Below are positions 35,792-46,394 of a DNA stretch of 64,000 nucleotides, in pieces. The stretch spans positions 6,787 through 70,786 of the forward strand of contig CALUQH010000017.1 in NCBI GenBank assembly GCA_944322885.1. Direction: 5' to 3'. The translations under genes were made by a program, and so were the position numbers. This stretch comes from Candidatus Gastranaerophilales bacterium (lineage in GTDB: Bacteria > Cyanobacteriota > Vampirovibrionia > Gastranaerophilales > Gastranaerophilaceae). Every line of letters begins with the position of its first letter. Positions within the stretch are counted from its first letter, which is position 1. Below the pieces are notes generated by a model. It had not been told where the DNA came from and searched no databases. It saw only the letters and a program-made list of their open reading frames with translations.

Positions 35792-37147
35792 ATGGATATA
35801 AATTCTTTATTAAAACTATTTAAATCGGTTGATGTGAATAATGATTTAATAGTTTCCAGGGAAGAATTTGAAAATAGTAATGTAAAAGGCTCTGTATGGG
35901 AAGATAAGCTAAAACCTGATACCGGTATAGCAGCCTTTGTTATACGTGGATTAGCTGTTGAACATGAGAATAATGAAAATGATAAAAATATGAGCGGTTT
36001 TGACAAAATGCATTCCAAACTTGTATCAAAAGGTATACAGCCTGTTTTTTATGATGACAGGAGCGGATATATGTTTTACGGGAATTATATTAGATTGTAC
36101 ACAAAAGATATAAAGACTTATGATGATATTCCCGATGCTCAAACAGAAGGTTTAAAAGATGCAAAAGGTGTTGATATATCTAATCTTCAGCTTACAGATG
36201 AGCAACTTTTGAATTTGGTTATTGATGATTATACTACAATGTCTGACGAACAGAGAGCTGTTTTTGACAAATACAAATATAATATGGATAAAATGGGCTG
36301 TGGTATTGAAAGTTTACATGAAATCGGCTACACAGGTTATGGAACGGCAGCTCTTTTAGATCAAAAATACTGTCCCCATGATATTTATAATGATAAAGTC
36401 AAATCATCAACAGATATAGGGACAAATATAAATTCAAATGAAGACCCGTCATGGCATGTTGCAGCAATGCTTTCAATAATGCATAAAACAGCACCTGATG
36501 CAGAAATAGTTCACTATTGCGTAACTGATATGGATCCAAAAGTTCAGACAAATCAATTAGCTGAGGCAATTAATGATATTATAGAAAAAAATAAAACTCT
36601 TCCTGATGCTAAAAAGGTTAGGACAATTGTTATAGGCTACGGTTTTTATCCGCAAAACCTGAATTATGAAGAAAATATAGCCCTGTGCAGAAAAGCAATA
36701 GAGGAAGGTATATTTATTTGTTCTAATAATACTGAGGAATTATATGGCATAAGTTTAAATGGGACAGACAGAAATCCAAAGGGTGATGTAAATTCTCCCA
36801 AAAGTTACAGCTTAGTAACGTGGCAGGATGAAAATGATTTAAAAAATATAAAAAAAGAAGTTTTAGATACAAAGTTTTTGTATATTCCTCAACAGCATTT
36901 AACAATAGCTCACGGCGATGGCAAAAGTATTCAATATGAGGGTGCTGATGGAGGTGTATGCTGGTCAAATTCTGTTGGAACTTTGTATAATACTTTTTTA
37001 AGCATAAAACATGATTTGAAACCGCAGGAATTTATTGATTTATTAATGGAAACATCAGATGAATTGAATGTAAATGGTGTTTATTGTGGAAGATTACTGA
37101 ATGCGGAAGCTGCAATGAATAAGCTGGAAAGTAAAGTTGGAAATTAA
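35792..37147 (+). CDS. Subtilase (S8)-like protein with N-terminal EF-hand and Cys at the expected nucleophile position
   Basis: DVNNDLIVSREEF; ALLDQ (Asp), SWHVAAMLSI..TAPDAEI (His), GGVCWS, C-terminal GRLLNAEA. Confidence 0.6.
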   Translation: MDINSLLKLFKSVDVNNDLIVSREEFENSNVKGSVWEDKLKPDTGIAAFVIRGLAVEHENNENDKNMSGFDKMHSKLVSKGIQPVFYDDRSGYMFYGNYIRLYTKDIKTYDDIPDAQTEGLKDAKGVDISNLQLTDEQLLNLVIDDYTTMSDEQRAVFDKYKYNMDKMGCGIESLHEIGYTGYGTAALLDQKYCPHDIYNDKVKSSTDIGTNINSNEDPSWHVAAMLSIMHKTAPDAEIVHYCVTDMDPKVQTNQLAEAINDIIEKNKTLPDAKKVRTIVIGYGFYPQNLNYEENIALCRKAIEEGIFICSNNTEELYGISLNGTDRNPKGDVNSPKSYSLVTWQDENDLKNIKKEVLDTKFLYIPQQHLTIAHGDGKSIQYEGADGGVCWSNSVGTLYNTFLSIKHDLKPQEFIDLLMETSDELNVNGVYCGRLLNAEAAMNKLESKVGN

Positions 37148-37245
37148 TGCTTGAAATTTAAAATTTTTTATGAGAAGATTTAACTCGGCGGTTGTGAGAT
37201 ACAAATTTTAACACATCGTTTCTAACAAATTGAATATAAAAATAT

Positions 37246-37319
37246 GGCAAGGTAGCTCAGCTGGTGAGAGCGCACGGCTCATACCCGTGAGGTCGAGAGT
37301 TCGAATCTCTCCCTTGCTA
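37246..37319 (+). tRNA. tRNA-Met(CAT), probably elongator; CCA not encoded
   Basis: CACGG-CT-CAT-AC-CCGTG arm, paired G1 acceptor, no triple G-C anticodon stem; Ile2 not fully excluded. Confidence 0.9.
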
Positions 37320-37327
37320 TTTAATTT

Positions 37328-37352
37328 AGAGGGTTTTAGATACCCTCTTTTT
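37328..37352 (+). terminator. Terminator after tRNA-Met
   Basis: AGAGGGT-N7-ACCCTCT-TTTT. Confidence 0.8.
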
Positions 37353-37417
37353 AATGCGAAAATCCTGTGTGTAATTATATTTTAAAGTCCGATTTGGTAG
37401 GAAATCAAATATTAAAA

Positions 37418-37441
37418 TGTCATCCTGAACTTGTTTCAGGA
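37418..37441. repeat. Isolated GTCAT-tagged REP-like palindrome
   Basis: TGTCA-TCCTGAA-CTTGT-TTCAGGA. Confidence 0.55.
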
Positions 37442-37571
37442 GTATATAATAGTGAGACATTGAGCCAATTTGTACAGGTAGGAAGCTGCTTGATGTTGTA
37501 TTCTTAAACGGGCGGCTTACTTAGCAAAAAAAATATTTTTAAGTTTTTATCCTTAATGAAAGGATTTCCTA

Positions 37572-37970
37572 ATGATAATTCAAAATAAACCTCAAATTAA
37601 TTTTAAAGCCTCAATTTCTGAGCAAGTTAGATATCAATTATACCGACAGTTATCAACAAGTTCAACAAAACTCAAATCTGCAAAATTGCTTGAAACTCAA
37701 CTTGAAAAACAGATAAAAAATATTTCTCAATGGGGTTCTTCTGACTCAGAAATAGTTATTGTAAAAGATTATAGAGGAAGGTATGGATTGGGACTGCAAT
37801 ATAATGTTACATCTACGATGAAATTTGCTTGTCCTATTAAATTACATTTAGGTAAAACAGAACTATCTCAGTTTCTTGCCCTAAAAGAATATGATATTAT
37901 AAATACTGAAAATACCATTAAGTATTTGTATGCAAAATTTGGCGGTGGATTTTTCAACCGCTTTAAATAA
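37572..37970 (+). CDS. Hypothetical protein
   Basis: 132 aa, AAAGGA RBS, N-terminal PQINFKA. Confidence 0.75.
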   Translation: MIIQNKPQINFKASISEQVRYQLYRQLSTSSTKLKSAKLLETQLEKQIKNISQWGSSDSEIVIVKDYRGRYGLGLQYNVTSTMKFACPIKLHLGKTELSQFLALKEYDIINTENTIKYLYAKFGGGFFNRFK

Positions 37971-38246
37971 CAACATTTCCGTTTATATTTTTATTTAAGA
38001 AATTAAGATAATACGGCATACGAAATCGATGTCTTTAGCAAAAAACGTTTAAATACAAAGAAAATTTGCTTTCGCTTAAAAAGGAAGAAATCATAAGCAA
38101 AAAGGATGTTACCATAGCTTCTTTAAGTTTTTATAAATTTTTTGGGCGGGCAGTTGTGACTAGTTATTCTTGCTGCCGCAAATAATTATTTAAAGAGTTA
38201 CAATTACACTAACATAAAACTAACAAAAAAATTTTATATTTACATT

Positions 38247-39041
38247 ATGCAAAGATTGTTGGTATTATGTTTAACTGTAATAATCGGCTTCTTTACCCCG
38301 GTTTATGCACATGAAGTCAAATTTATTCAGGTAACAGATGTTCATCTGACCCAAAATAATTCTCAATATTTAAAGGATTTTGTAACTGATGTTAATACAA
38401 AATACAGTGACATAGATTTTGTTGTTTTCACCGGCGATAATATTGATAAACCAAGAGAAGAAGATTTATCTCTTTTTCTTGAGATAATAAAAGATTTAAA
38501 ATTCAAGTCTTACGTTTTGGCAGGGAATCACGATTTAGCGAAAAACCAAAATCTTACTCATGATAAATACATGAAATTAGTCAGAAAAAAATTAGGGACA
38601 TATCACAGTTCAAAATCAAATTATGTTTTTAAAAAAGGCGATATTGTTTTTATCACTATGAATGGTGTTAAAGAAATTATCCCCGGACCTAACGGTTATT
38701 ACAAAGAAAAAGAACTTATCTGGCTTGATAAAATGCTGACTAAGTATTCAGATAAAAAAGTTGTTATTTTACAGCATTTTCCGGTGCTTGATACGCCAAT
38801 TAGAAATCATAGTCTTTATAAAAAAGAACAGTATCTGGAAGTTTTAAAAAAGCATAATAATGTAATCGCAATAATATCCGGTCATTACCATCACAACAGG
38901 GAAGAATTTTGTGATAATATTTATCATGTTGTTACCAAAAATTTTACGAATAACAGATATTATAAATTAATTGAAATTGAAGACGGATTTGTGTATACAA
39001 GGCTGATTGATAATAAAGATAATATGCCAGAGGTTTTATAA
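38247..39041 (+). CDS. Exported calcineurin-like metallophosphoesterase
   Basis: Signal peptide, TDVH, FTGDNID, GNHD, QHFP, SGHYH. Confidence 0.88.
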   Translation: MQRLLVLCLTVIIGFFTPVYAHEVKFIQVTDVHLTQNNSQYLKDFVTDVNTKYSDIDFVVFTGDNIDKPREEDLSLFLEIIKDLKFKSYVLAGNHDLAKNQNLTHDKYMKLVRKKLGTYHSSKSNYVFKKGDIVFITMNGVKEIIPGPNGYYKEKELIWLDKMLTKYSDKKVVILQHFPVLDTPIRNHSLYKKEQYLEVLKKHNNVIAIISGHYHHNREEFCDNIYHVVTKNFTNNRYYKLIEIEDGFVYTRLIDNKDNMPEVL

Positions 39042-39042
39042 G

Positions 39043-39735
39043 ATGTCTGATAATTTAACAGAAGCAAAAATTTTGATAGTAGAAGATGAACCTCAGATAA
39101 ACAGGCTTATTGAACTTGTTTTACTTTCTGCCGGTTATTACAAAATTCAAAAGGCATTTGACGGGTTGAAGGCACTTGAAATTATAAAAAATGATAGACC
39201 TGATTTAGTTCTTATGGATGTAATGATTCCTGAATTGGATGGATTTGATTTGTGCAAAATGATTAAAAATGACGAGGTTTTAAAATTTGTTCAGGTAATA
39301 ATGCTGACAGCAAGAAAAATGGAAGAAGATATCTTGAAAGGGTTTGAAAACGGAGCGATTGACTATATTTCAAAGCCCTTCAGCAATAAAATTCTCCTTG
39401 CCAGAATAAAGGCTCATCTGGAAAACTCCGGAATTAATTATTCAAACAAAATTTACAAAAATATTGTCCTTGATAATCTTAAAAAAACAGTAAAAATTGA
39501 TGAAAAGTCTGTTGATCTTACAAATTTTGAGTTTAAAATTCTTGATATACTAATGTCCAATATCGGAATTGTTTTTTCCAGATCTCAATTGCTTCAATAT
39601 TTGAGAGGAAACGATGGTTTTGAAATTTCGGAGCGCGCAATTGATGTGCAAATTGTGAACTTAAGAAGAAAACTCGGAGATTTGGGAGAAAGTATTGAAA
39701 CCGTCCGCGGGATGGGATATAAACTTAAGGAGTGA
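39043..39735 (+). CDS. OmpR/PhoB-family response regulator
   Basis: VEDE, LMDVMIPELDG, LTARKMEED, KPF, RAIDVQIVNLRRKL, VRGMGY; ATG 39043. Confidence 0.93.
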   Translation: MSDNLTEAKILIVEDEPQINRLIELVLLSAGYYKIQKAFDGLKALEIIKNDRPDLVLMDVMIPELDGFDLCKMIKNDEVLKFVQVIMLTARKMEEDILKGFENGAIDYISKPFSNKILLARIKAHLENSGINYSNKIYKNIVLDNLKKTVKIDEKSVDLTNFEFKILDILMSNIGIVFSRSQLLQYLRGNDGFEISERAIDVQIVNLRRKLGDLGESIETVRGMGYKLKE

Positions 39736-39741
39736 TATAAA

Positions 39742-41139
39742 ATGAAAAAAAGAGATAAATACTGGTTAACAAGATTATTTCAATCTTTAATTATAGTTTT
39801 AATTTTTCTTTTTATTTCTCTATTTAATATAATTCAGTTTAATCATTCTTATATGGAAGAAGAACAAAAAGAATTACAGGTTTTTACAAGGCAGATTGAA
39901 TGGGCGGTTTTTCCCTATCTAAAAAATAAAGATTTTGAAACAATAAAAAAATATACAAATGATTTCAAAGATGAAGATATTGCAATCAGAATTTTTGATA
40001 CAGATAAAAAGTTGATTGCATCATCAAAAAACGATAATTCAAATAGCATTTTATCCTATAACATTCCTGTATTGCCGGGAAAAGAAAATAAATGGGATAC
40101 ATACAGACATTCCATAAAAAATAAAATGATAGGAGATGTCAAAGAAATTAATGTTGACAATAACAAGTATTACCTCGAAATAACAATTTCCGAAGACGAT
40201 GTAATCGGGACAATTGTAAAGGGGCAGATGACATTAATGATTTTTTTCGGGATTTGCGTTCTCATCCTATTGTGGGGGTTATTAGAAGTATTTTACAGAA
40301 CCCAAAAGACTTTCAATGGATTTGAAGATAGTGTAATAAAAATTGCAAACGGTGAACTTGATACCCCGATTGATGTTCCTAATCTGGAACTTTTGGAAGA
40401 ACTTTCAATGTCGGTAAAAAAAATGACAACAAGATTAAAAAATCAAATTCAACGTTTAACCCAACTTGAAGAATATAAATCAAATTTTCTTCAAAATATC
40501 ACTCACGAAATCAAAACACCGATAACTGCAATAAATTCCGCAATAGAACTTATAGAAAGCAACAATTCTATTACAAATAACGATAAAGAGTGTTTTGAAA
40601 TAATCAGATTTCAGATAAAATCAATTAACAAACTTGTAAATGATATTTTGACTCTTTCAGAAATAGAAGTTGCAAAAACCGAAGAAAAGAAACATTTTGA
40701 AAAATTCAATCTTAATTCTATGATAGAAAAAAATATTTCTAATTTTTCGCATTTACCTATAAAAATTAATTTTGTCCAAAACGCGGACTCTGAATTTTTC
40801 GGTAATGAGGAATTACTCTCAACTGCCTTATCAAACCTTTTAACTAACGCCATCAGATATTCAGGTTCGGATAAAATTGACGTTATTTTTGATAAACAAA
40901 ACGGGCAGATTAAATTGTCCGTGAAGGATTATGGTGCCGGAATCGAGCAGAGGCATCTTGAGCATATTTTTGAAAGGTTTTACAGGGTTGATAAGGCAAG
41001 AAGCCGGCAAAACGGCGGCTCAGGCTTGGGGCTTGCAATCGTAAAAAATATTGTTGAGCTTTATAACGGAAAAGTGATTGTTGAAAGTGAGCCGAATAAA
41101 GGTACGATGTTTACAATTATATTGCCGGAAGGAGTTTAA
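39742..41139 (+). CDS. Sensor histidine kinase (HAMP-HisKA-HATPase)
   Basis: THEIKTP, NLLTNAIRY, DYGAGI, FERFYRVDKARSR, GSGLGLAI. Confidence 0.95.
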   Translation: MKKRDKYWLTRLFQSLIIVLIFLFISLFNIIQFNHSYMEEEQKELQVFTRQIEWAVFPYLKNKDFETIKKYTNDFKDEDIAIRIFDTDKKLIASSKNDNSNSILSYNIPVLPGKENKWDTYRHSIKNKMIGDVKEINVDNNKYYLEITISEDDVIGTIVKGQMTLMIFFGICVLILLWGLLEVFYRTQKTFNGFEDSVIKIANGELDTPIDVPNLELLEELSMSVKKMTTRLKNQIQRLTQLEEYKSNFLQNITHEIKTPITAINSAIELIESNNSITNNDKECFEIIRFQIKSINKLVNDILTLSEIEVAKTEEKKHFEKFNLNSMIEKNISNFSHLPIKINFVQNADSEFFGNEELLSTALSNLLTNAIRYSGSDKIDVIFDKQNGQIKLSVKDYGAGIEQRHLEHIFERFYRVDKARSRQNGGSGLGLAIVKNIVELYNGKVIVESEPNKGTMFTIILPEGV

Positions 41140-41141
41140 CA

Positions 41142-41561
41142 ATGTGGAAGGTTTACGCTGTTTTGTCTGCCGTATTTGCTTCACTAACCGCAATATTTTG
41201 TAAAATGGGTGTCAAAGGAATAAACGCAAATCTTGCAACGGGCATAAGAACTATTGTAATTTTGATTTTGATTTGGGGAATAGTTTTTGCAACTCATTCG
41301 GCAGATCAAATGAAAGAATTAACATATAAAAATTATTTGTTTTTAATAATTTCCGGTATTGCAACGGGGTTATCCTGGCTTTTTTATTTTAAAGCAATAC
41401 AAATCGGTGATTTATCGAAAATTGCGCCAATAGACAAATTAAGTCTTGTATTAACCATGATTTTGAGTTTTATAATTTTTAAAGAAGCAGTAACAATCCC
41501 GTTAATTATGGGAGCTTTATTAATTGTAAGCGGAGTTATTGTTCTTTTGTGCTTTGCATAA
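41142..41561 (+). CDS. EamA/DMT-family transporter
   Basis: SAVFASLTAIFCKMG, SGIATGLSWLFYFKA, APIDKLSL. Confidence 0.88.
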   Translation: MWKVYAVLSAVFASLTAIFCKMGVKGINANLATGIRTIVILILIWGIVFATHSADQMKELTYKNYLFLIISGIATGLSWLFYFKAIQIGDLSKIAPIDKLSLVLTMILSFIIFKEAVTIPLIMGALLIVSGVIVLLCFA

Positions 41562-43176
41562 TATTTTCTGTTTTTTCAATAACTGAATATTTAATGCCTT
41601 TAATCTTTACCTTAACAGGCAGGTTTTCAAGTTCTTTATTTCTGGTTATAACAAGATGATTTTCCTTATCTAATTCTTTACCAAGCCACATTAAATCATC
41701 ATCTGTTTGAAAGTTAACATGCTGTAGATTTGAATAATATAAAAGGCTGTATTTTTTGCCTGTTTTGTATGTTGAAATTGTGTAATTATTCTCTTTTGCA
41801 AGTTTGGCAAATTTCATTAAATCATCTTGTCCGTAGGAGTAATCAAACTTATACACAAAAGGTGTTAAGCAGCCTGACAATACGGAAATAAAAATTATCG
41901 TTGAAATAAAATTTTCAAATCTTTTGTTTCTCAAAATCAGCAAAAGATTTAAACTGGCAAAAGGTACTATCAAAATAAACGAAATTATCTGAATTGGGAA
42001 AAAATCCTTATAAACAGACGCCGGCAGAACAAATTTAGCAAAGCAGACAGCAAAGGCTCCCGACAAAAATATTGCATTCATAATTATTAATGATGTTTTT
42101 ATTGCTTTGTTATCTTGTTCCATATATTTCATCCAAATATCACCTATTATTACTGCAATAAAAGGATAAATCGGCAGAATATATGTAATTAACTTTGCAC
42201 CTGATGAACTGAAAAACAAAAGTGTTATGAGAACCGTAACCGTATTAAGAATTAAAAATTTTTCTAAGTTATCCGCTTGACAAAAGTTAAATCGAAAATC
42301 TCGTATTTTTAATTTTCGGGCAATTCCTGTGAAAAATTCCGGCAAAAATAGAAATATATGAGGAAACAATCCCCATAATAAAGTTAAAAGATAAAAATAC
42401 CATGGCTGACTTCTGTGGATTACATCAGAGCCTAAAAATCTCAAAATATGATGTTTATAAATATATTCCTCAAAAAATAATCCGGGGTATGTTTTAAGCA
42501 TTAAAATATGCCATGGCAAAACAATTACAAGAAACAGTATAATCCCGAAGAAAGAATATTTAAAAGTTTCTCTGTAAGTTTTGAAAAGAATAGTTGAAAC
42601 AGCAATTGTTCCGGCAGGAATTACAAAACCCGGAATTCCCTTTGCCATTAAGGCAAGTCCGGTAAAAATATAAGTCAAACACCAAAATATTTTTTTATTT
42701 TTTTCATTGGTAAAAAATGTGTAAAAATAACATAAAACGGCACTTGATACAAAACTCGTTAAAACACTGTCCAAAATCGCAATTTTTGTAATCAAAATGT
42801 ATTCTAAAGATGTTAAAAGAACAGCACATGTTATAAAAGCATATCTGATATCTTTAACTTTTTTGCAAATTCCGAAAAGCAGCCCCAGCGGTAAAAGCGA
42901 AAGTAAAACAATCGGCAGTCTTGCGGTTAATTCATTTGTTCCGCCAAAAATTTTGAACGCAAAACATTCTATCCAAAAATAAAGCGGAGGTTTTTCAAAA
43001 AAGTAATCCCCGTTTAAATATAGCGTCAAAAAATCACCGCTCTTAAGCATTGAACGCGCCATATCAACATACCTTGTTTCATCAACATCCAATAAAGGAT
43101 ATGAACCTAAAAACAAAAAATATCCGCATAACAAAATCAAGGTTAATATTAAATATAAAATAAAATCTTTCTTCAT
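41536..43176 (-). CDS. ArnT/PMT-like (GT-C) lipid-linked glycosyltransferase
   Basis: DVDETRY, FFEKPPLYFW, ARLP, ALMAKG, HRSQPWYFY, KLITYILP. Confidence 0.88.
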   Translation of the reverse strand: MKKDFILYLILTLILLCGYFLFLGSYPLLDVDETRYVDMARSMLKSGDFLTLYLNGDYFFEKPPLYFWIECFAFKIFGGTNELTARLPIVLLSLLPLGLLFGICKKVKDIRYAFITCAVLLTSLEYILITKIAILDSVLTSFVSSAVLCYFYTFFTNEKNKKIFWCLTYIFTGLALMAKGIPGFVIPAGTIAVSTILFKTYRETFKYSFFGIILFLVIVLPWHILMLKTYPGLFFEEYIYKHHILRFLGSDVIHRSQPWYFYLLTLLWGLFPHIFLFLPEFFTGIARKLKIRDFRFNFCQADNLEKFLILNTVTVLITLLFFSSSGAKLITYILPIYPFIAVIIGDIWMKYMEQDNKAIKTSLIIMNAIFLSGAFAVCFAKFVLPASVYKDFFPIQIISFILIVPFASLNLLLILRNKRFENFISTIIFISVLSGCLTPFVYKFDYSYGQDDLMKFAKLAKENNYTISTYKTGKKYSLLYYSNLQHVNFQTDDDLMWLGKELDKENHLVITRNKELENLPVKVKIKGIKYSVIEKTENIMQSTKEQ

Positions 43177-43363
43177 AACTATCCTTAATTTCAGGGGTTA
43201 ATTTAAGAATAAAAAAGATTTGTTAGTTTTTTGTTAGCAAAGTATTTTTCAGATGAGAGAAAATGCAAAAATGAGAATTGATAAATTTCAGAGATAAATT
43301 AAAAAATTTTATTTTTTATCTTATTTATAATATAATTTTATAAGATAGAGAAGAGATATTAAT

Positions 43364-44710
43364 ATGGAACAAGAGTTGCGCGATAAAGTTAAAAAAGCTG
43401 TTAGAGAGTATTATAATGAAGTTTATGAGAAGCCGAGGGATTTTAAATACATTCCTGCTTCCGGAAAACTTCTGGGTTGTGAAGAATTAGAAGCAATGGT
43501 AGATGCTTCGCTTGATATGTGGCTGACGGCAGGAAGATTTAACGATAAATTTGAAAAGGAATTTGCGGACTATCTGGGCGTAAAATTTGCGCTTTCCACA
43601 AATTCAGGTTCAAGTGCTAATTTGTTGGCACTTTCTGCTTTAACTTCTCATAAACTTGGAGATAAAAGGCTTAAAAAAGGTGATGAGGTCATCTCTGTTG
43701 CGGCAGGGTTCCCGACAACGATTAACCCTATAATTCAGCAGGGGCTTATTCCTGTCTTTGTTGACTGTGAAATCGGGACATACAATATTGACGCTGAAAA
43801 AATTGAAGAAGCTATAACCGATAAAACAAAAGCAATATTTTTGGCGCATACATTGGGTAACAGTTATGATTTGGATAAGATTGTACATTTGTGCGAAAAA
43901 TATAATTTGTGGTTAATAGAAGATAGTTGTGACGCTTTAGGCGGCGAGTTCAAGGGTAAAAAACTCGGTACAATAGGACATATCGGGACTTACAGTTTTT
44001 ATCCGGCACACCACATGACCATGGGCGAGGGCGGGGCTGTTGTTACAAATGACCCGCAGCTGTACCGCATAATTTTGTCATTCAGAGATTGGGGGCGTGA
44101 CTGCTGGTGTAAACCCGGAAAAGATGATACATGTAAAAAACGTTTTCAAATGCAGCTCGGTAATCTCCCCTTCGGGTATGATCATAAATACACATATTCA
44201 CATATAGGATTTAATCTTAAGATAACTGATTGGCAGGCGGCTCTCGGCTGCGCACAGTTGAAAAAACTCCCGCAGTTTATTCAAAAAAGAACACATAATG
44301 CACAGTATCTTATGAATAAATTGTCGGATTTAAAAGATTATTTAATATTGCCGGAAATAAGAGAAGGTGTTAAACCGTCCTGGTTTGGATTTTTAATTTC
44401 AACTAAACCGCCCCTTTCCAAGCAAAAACTTGTAGAATATCTTGAAAGTAACGGTGTCGGGACAAGACAGCTTTTTGCAGGTAATATTTTACGCCAGCCG
44501 ATGATTGTGGATAATGACATCCAATTAAGAATAGGTAACTCAAAACTTCTTAACTCAAAGGAGTTGAATGAACAACATTATAAATTACTCCCCAATACTG
44601 ATTTCATTATGAATAATACATTTTGGGTAGGAGTATTTCCCGCTTTATCGGAAAAAGAACTTGATAAGACATCTGAACTTATTCATAAATTTGTTAAGGA
44701 AAATAAATAA
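43364..44710 (+). CDS. rfbH: CDP-4-keto-6-deoxy-D-glucose 3-dehydrase (E1, RfbH/DdhC)
   Basis: DMWLTAGRF, NSGSSANL, AHTLGN, SFYPAHHMTMGEGG (His in place of Lys), RDWGRDCWC..C [2Fe-2S] motif. Confidence 0.93.
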   Translation: MEQELRDKVKKAVREYYNEVYEKPRDFKYIPASGKLLGCEELEAMVDASLDMWLTAGRFNDKFEKEFADYLGVKFALSTNSGSSANLLALSALTSHKLGDKRLKKGDEVISVAAGFPTTINPIIQQGLIPVFVDCEIGTYNIDAEKIEEAITDKTKAIFLAHTLGNSYDLDKIVHLCEKYNLWLIEDSCDALGGEFKGKKLGTIGHIGTYSFYPAHHMTMGEGGAVVTNDPQLYRIILSFRDWGRDCWCKPGKDDTCKKRFQMQLGNLPFGYDHKYTYSHIGFNLKITDWQAALGCAQLKKLPQFIQKRTHNAQYLMNKLSDLKDYLILPEIREGVKPSWFGFLISTKPPLSKQKLVEYLESNGVGTRQLFAGNILRQPMIVDNDIQLRIGNSKLLNSKELNEQHYKLLPNTDFIMNNTFWVGVFPALSEKELDKTSELIHKFVKENK

Positions 44711-45564
44711 TGAATATTCTTTTGACAGGTTCCGGCGGATTTATAGGCAGAAATTTAAAAGAGTATTTACAGGATAAATATACTCTGTTTTGTCCGAGAA
44801 GTTTTGAACTTAATCTCGCATCAGAAACAGATGTTAAAAAATATTTTGATACTCATAAAATTGATTTTATAATTCACTGTGCGTCTGTGGGCGGAGCAAG
44901 AGGTATAGATGATGCTTTTGATACGGTAGAAATTAATATTTCTATGCTTAATAATCTTTTGAAATTTAAGAAGAACGATGTCAGGGTTATATTATTCGGT
45001 TCAGGTGCAATGTATGATAAGTCGAGAAATCTTCATAAAGTTAAAGAAACCGAAATCGGGCAGGTTGTCCCGAAAGATTTATACGGCCTATCAAAATTGA
45101 AGATAGCTGAAATAGTTCAAAAGCGGGATGATATTTTATGCCTTAATATTTTTGCATGCTACGGCTATAATGAAAAAGAAAATCGTTTCCCGAGTTATGC
45201 AATAAATCAGGTTCTGAATAATCAAGATATAATTATTAATCAAAATGTTGTTTTTGATTATTTATTTGTTGAAGATATGCAAAAAATTGTTGAGCATTTT
45301 ATTAAAATTAGACCGAAACACAAGATTATTAATATTACCCCGTCTGAAAGCATAAGTCTTTTAGATATTGCCGGAATTGTTAACAATTTTGATGGTAACA
45401 GAAGAAAAATTGACATAAAAGTATCTTCATTAAATAATGAGTATACAGGCGATAATTCTGTATTATTAGAAGAAATTCCGAATTTTGAATTTACTTCTAT
45501 GCAGGAGGGGTTAAAAAAATTTTATTGTTATAAAAAAGATAATTTACATGTGATGAATAAGTGA
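44710..45564 (+). CDS. NAD-dependent epimerase/reductase (extended SDR)
   Basis: TGSGGFIG, YGLSK. Confidence 0.85.
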   Translation: MNILLTGSGGFIGRNLKEYLQDKYTLFCPRSFELNLASETDVKKYFDTHKIDFIIHCASVGGARGIDDAFDTVEINISMLNNLLKFKKNDVRVILFGSGAMYDKSRNLHKVKETEIGQVVPKDLYGLSKLKIAEIVQKRDDILCLNIFACYGYNEKENRFPSYAINQVLNNQDIIINQNVVFDYLFVEDMQKIVEHFIKIRPKHKIINITPSESISLLDIAGIVNNFDGNRRKIDIKVSSLNNEYTGDNSVLLEEIPNFEFTSMQEGLKKFYCYKKDNLHVMNK

Positions 45565-45575
45565 GAGGATTATAT

Positions 45576-46394
45576 ATGAATAGTTTAGAAAAGAAAATGA
45601 TAAATACATTAATAGATTTAAAAGAGAATCATCATGTTGTCGGGATAAAAGCAGAATTCGAAGCTGAAGGCACAAGGCTTGAAGAAGCTATGCGTTTAAA
45701 AGAAATTGTTACAAAGGCCGGATTGGATTTAACAATTAAAATTGGCGGCTGCGAGGCAATAAAAGACATGTTTGAAGCCAGAACAATAGGTGTTAATACG
45801 ATTGTTGCCCCAATGATTGAGACGGCCTATGCGTTAAAAAAATTCGTTCTTGCCACTAAATTTGTTTTTCCGGAGGAAGAAAGAAAAGATATAAAATTTT
45901 TAGCTAATATTGAAACGATTACAGGTTTTAAAAATTTAGATGAGATGATTTCGTCTGAATATTTTAAAGATATTGATGGTGTTGTTCTCGGACGTGTTGA
46001 TATGACTGGTTCTATGGGATTAACAAGAGAAGATATTAATTCCGAAGAGATTTTTGAAATAGCTGATTCAATGGCAGTTAAACTGTTGGACGTAAATAAG
46101 GAAATGGTTATTGGCGGTGGTGTTTCCGCTCATTCTTTACCGTTTTTTAAACGTTTGCCTAAAGATGCTTTGACAAGATTTGAAACAAGAAAAATTATTT
46201 TTGATGCTAAAAAAGCAATGGAAGATAAAAATGCTGACAAAGGGATATTAAAAGCTGTCGGTTTTGAACTTATGTGGCTGAGAAACAAGAGAGAATTTTA
46301 TAAAATGATTTTTGAAGAGGATGCACACAGATTAACTATGCTTGAAACGAGATACAAAAAATTGATTGAAGAAGCCGGCGGTGTGTATGCTTAA
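45576..46394 (+). CDS. HpcH/HpaI aldolase/citrate lyase family protein
   Basis: IKIGGCEA, IVAPMIET, NIET, GVVLGRVD; ATG 45576. Confidence 0.7.
   Translation: MNSLEKKMINTLIDLKENHHVVGIKAEFEAEGTRLEEAMRLKEIVTKAGLDLTIKIGGCEAIKDMFEARTIGVNTIVAPMIETAYALKKFVLATKFVFPEEERKDIKFLANIETITGFKNLDEMISSEYFKDIDGVVLGRVDMTGSMGLTREDINSEEIFEIADSMAVKLLDVNKEMVIGGGVSAHSLPFFKRLPKDALTRFETRKIIFDAKKAMEDKNADKGILKAVGFELMWLRNKREFYKMIFEEDAHRLTMLETRYKKLIEEAGGVYA

Noticed and set aside
37971-38246. Intergenic gap with a GCGGGCAG/CTGCCGC hairpin and short open frames
   Set aside because: No frame has both a start with RBS and useful length; no recognisable RNA family
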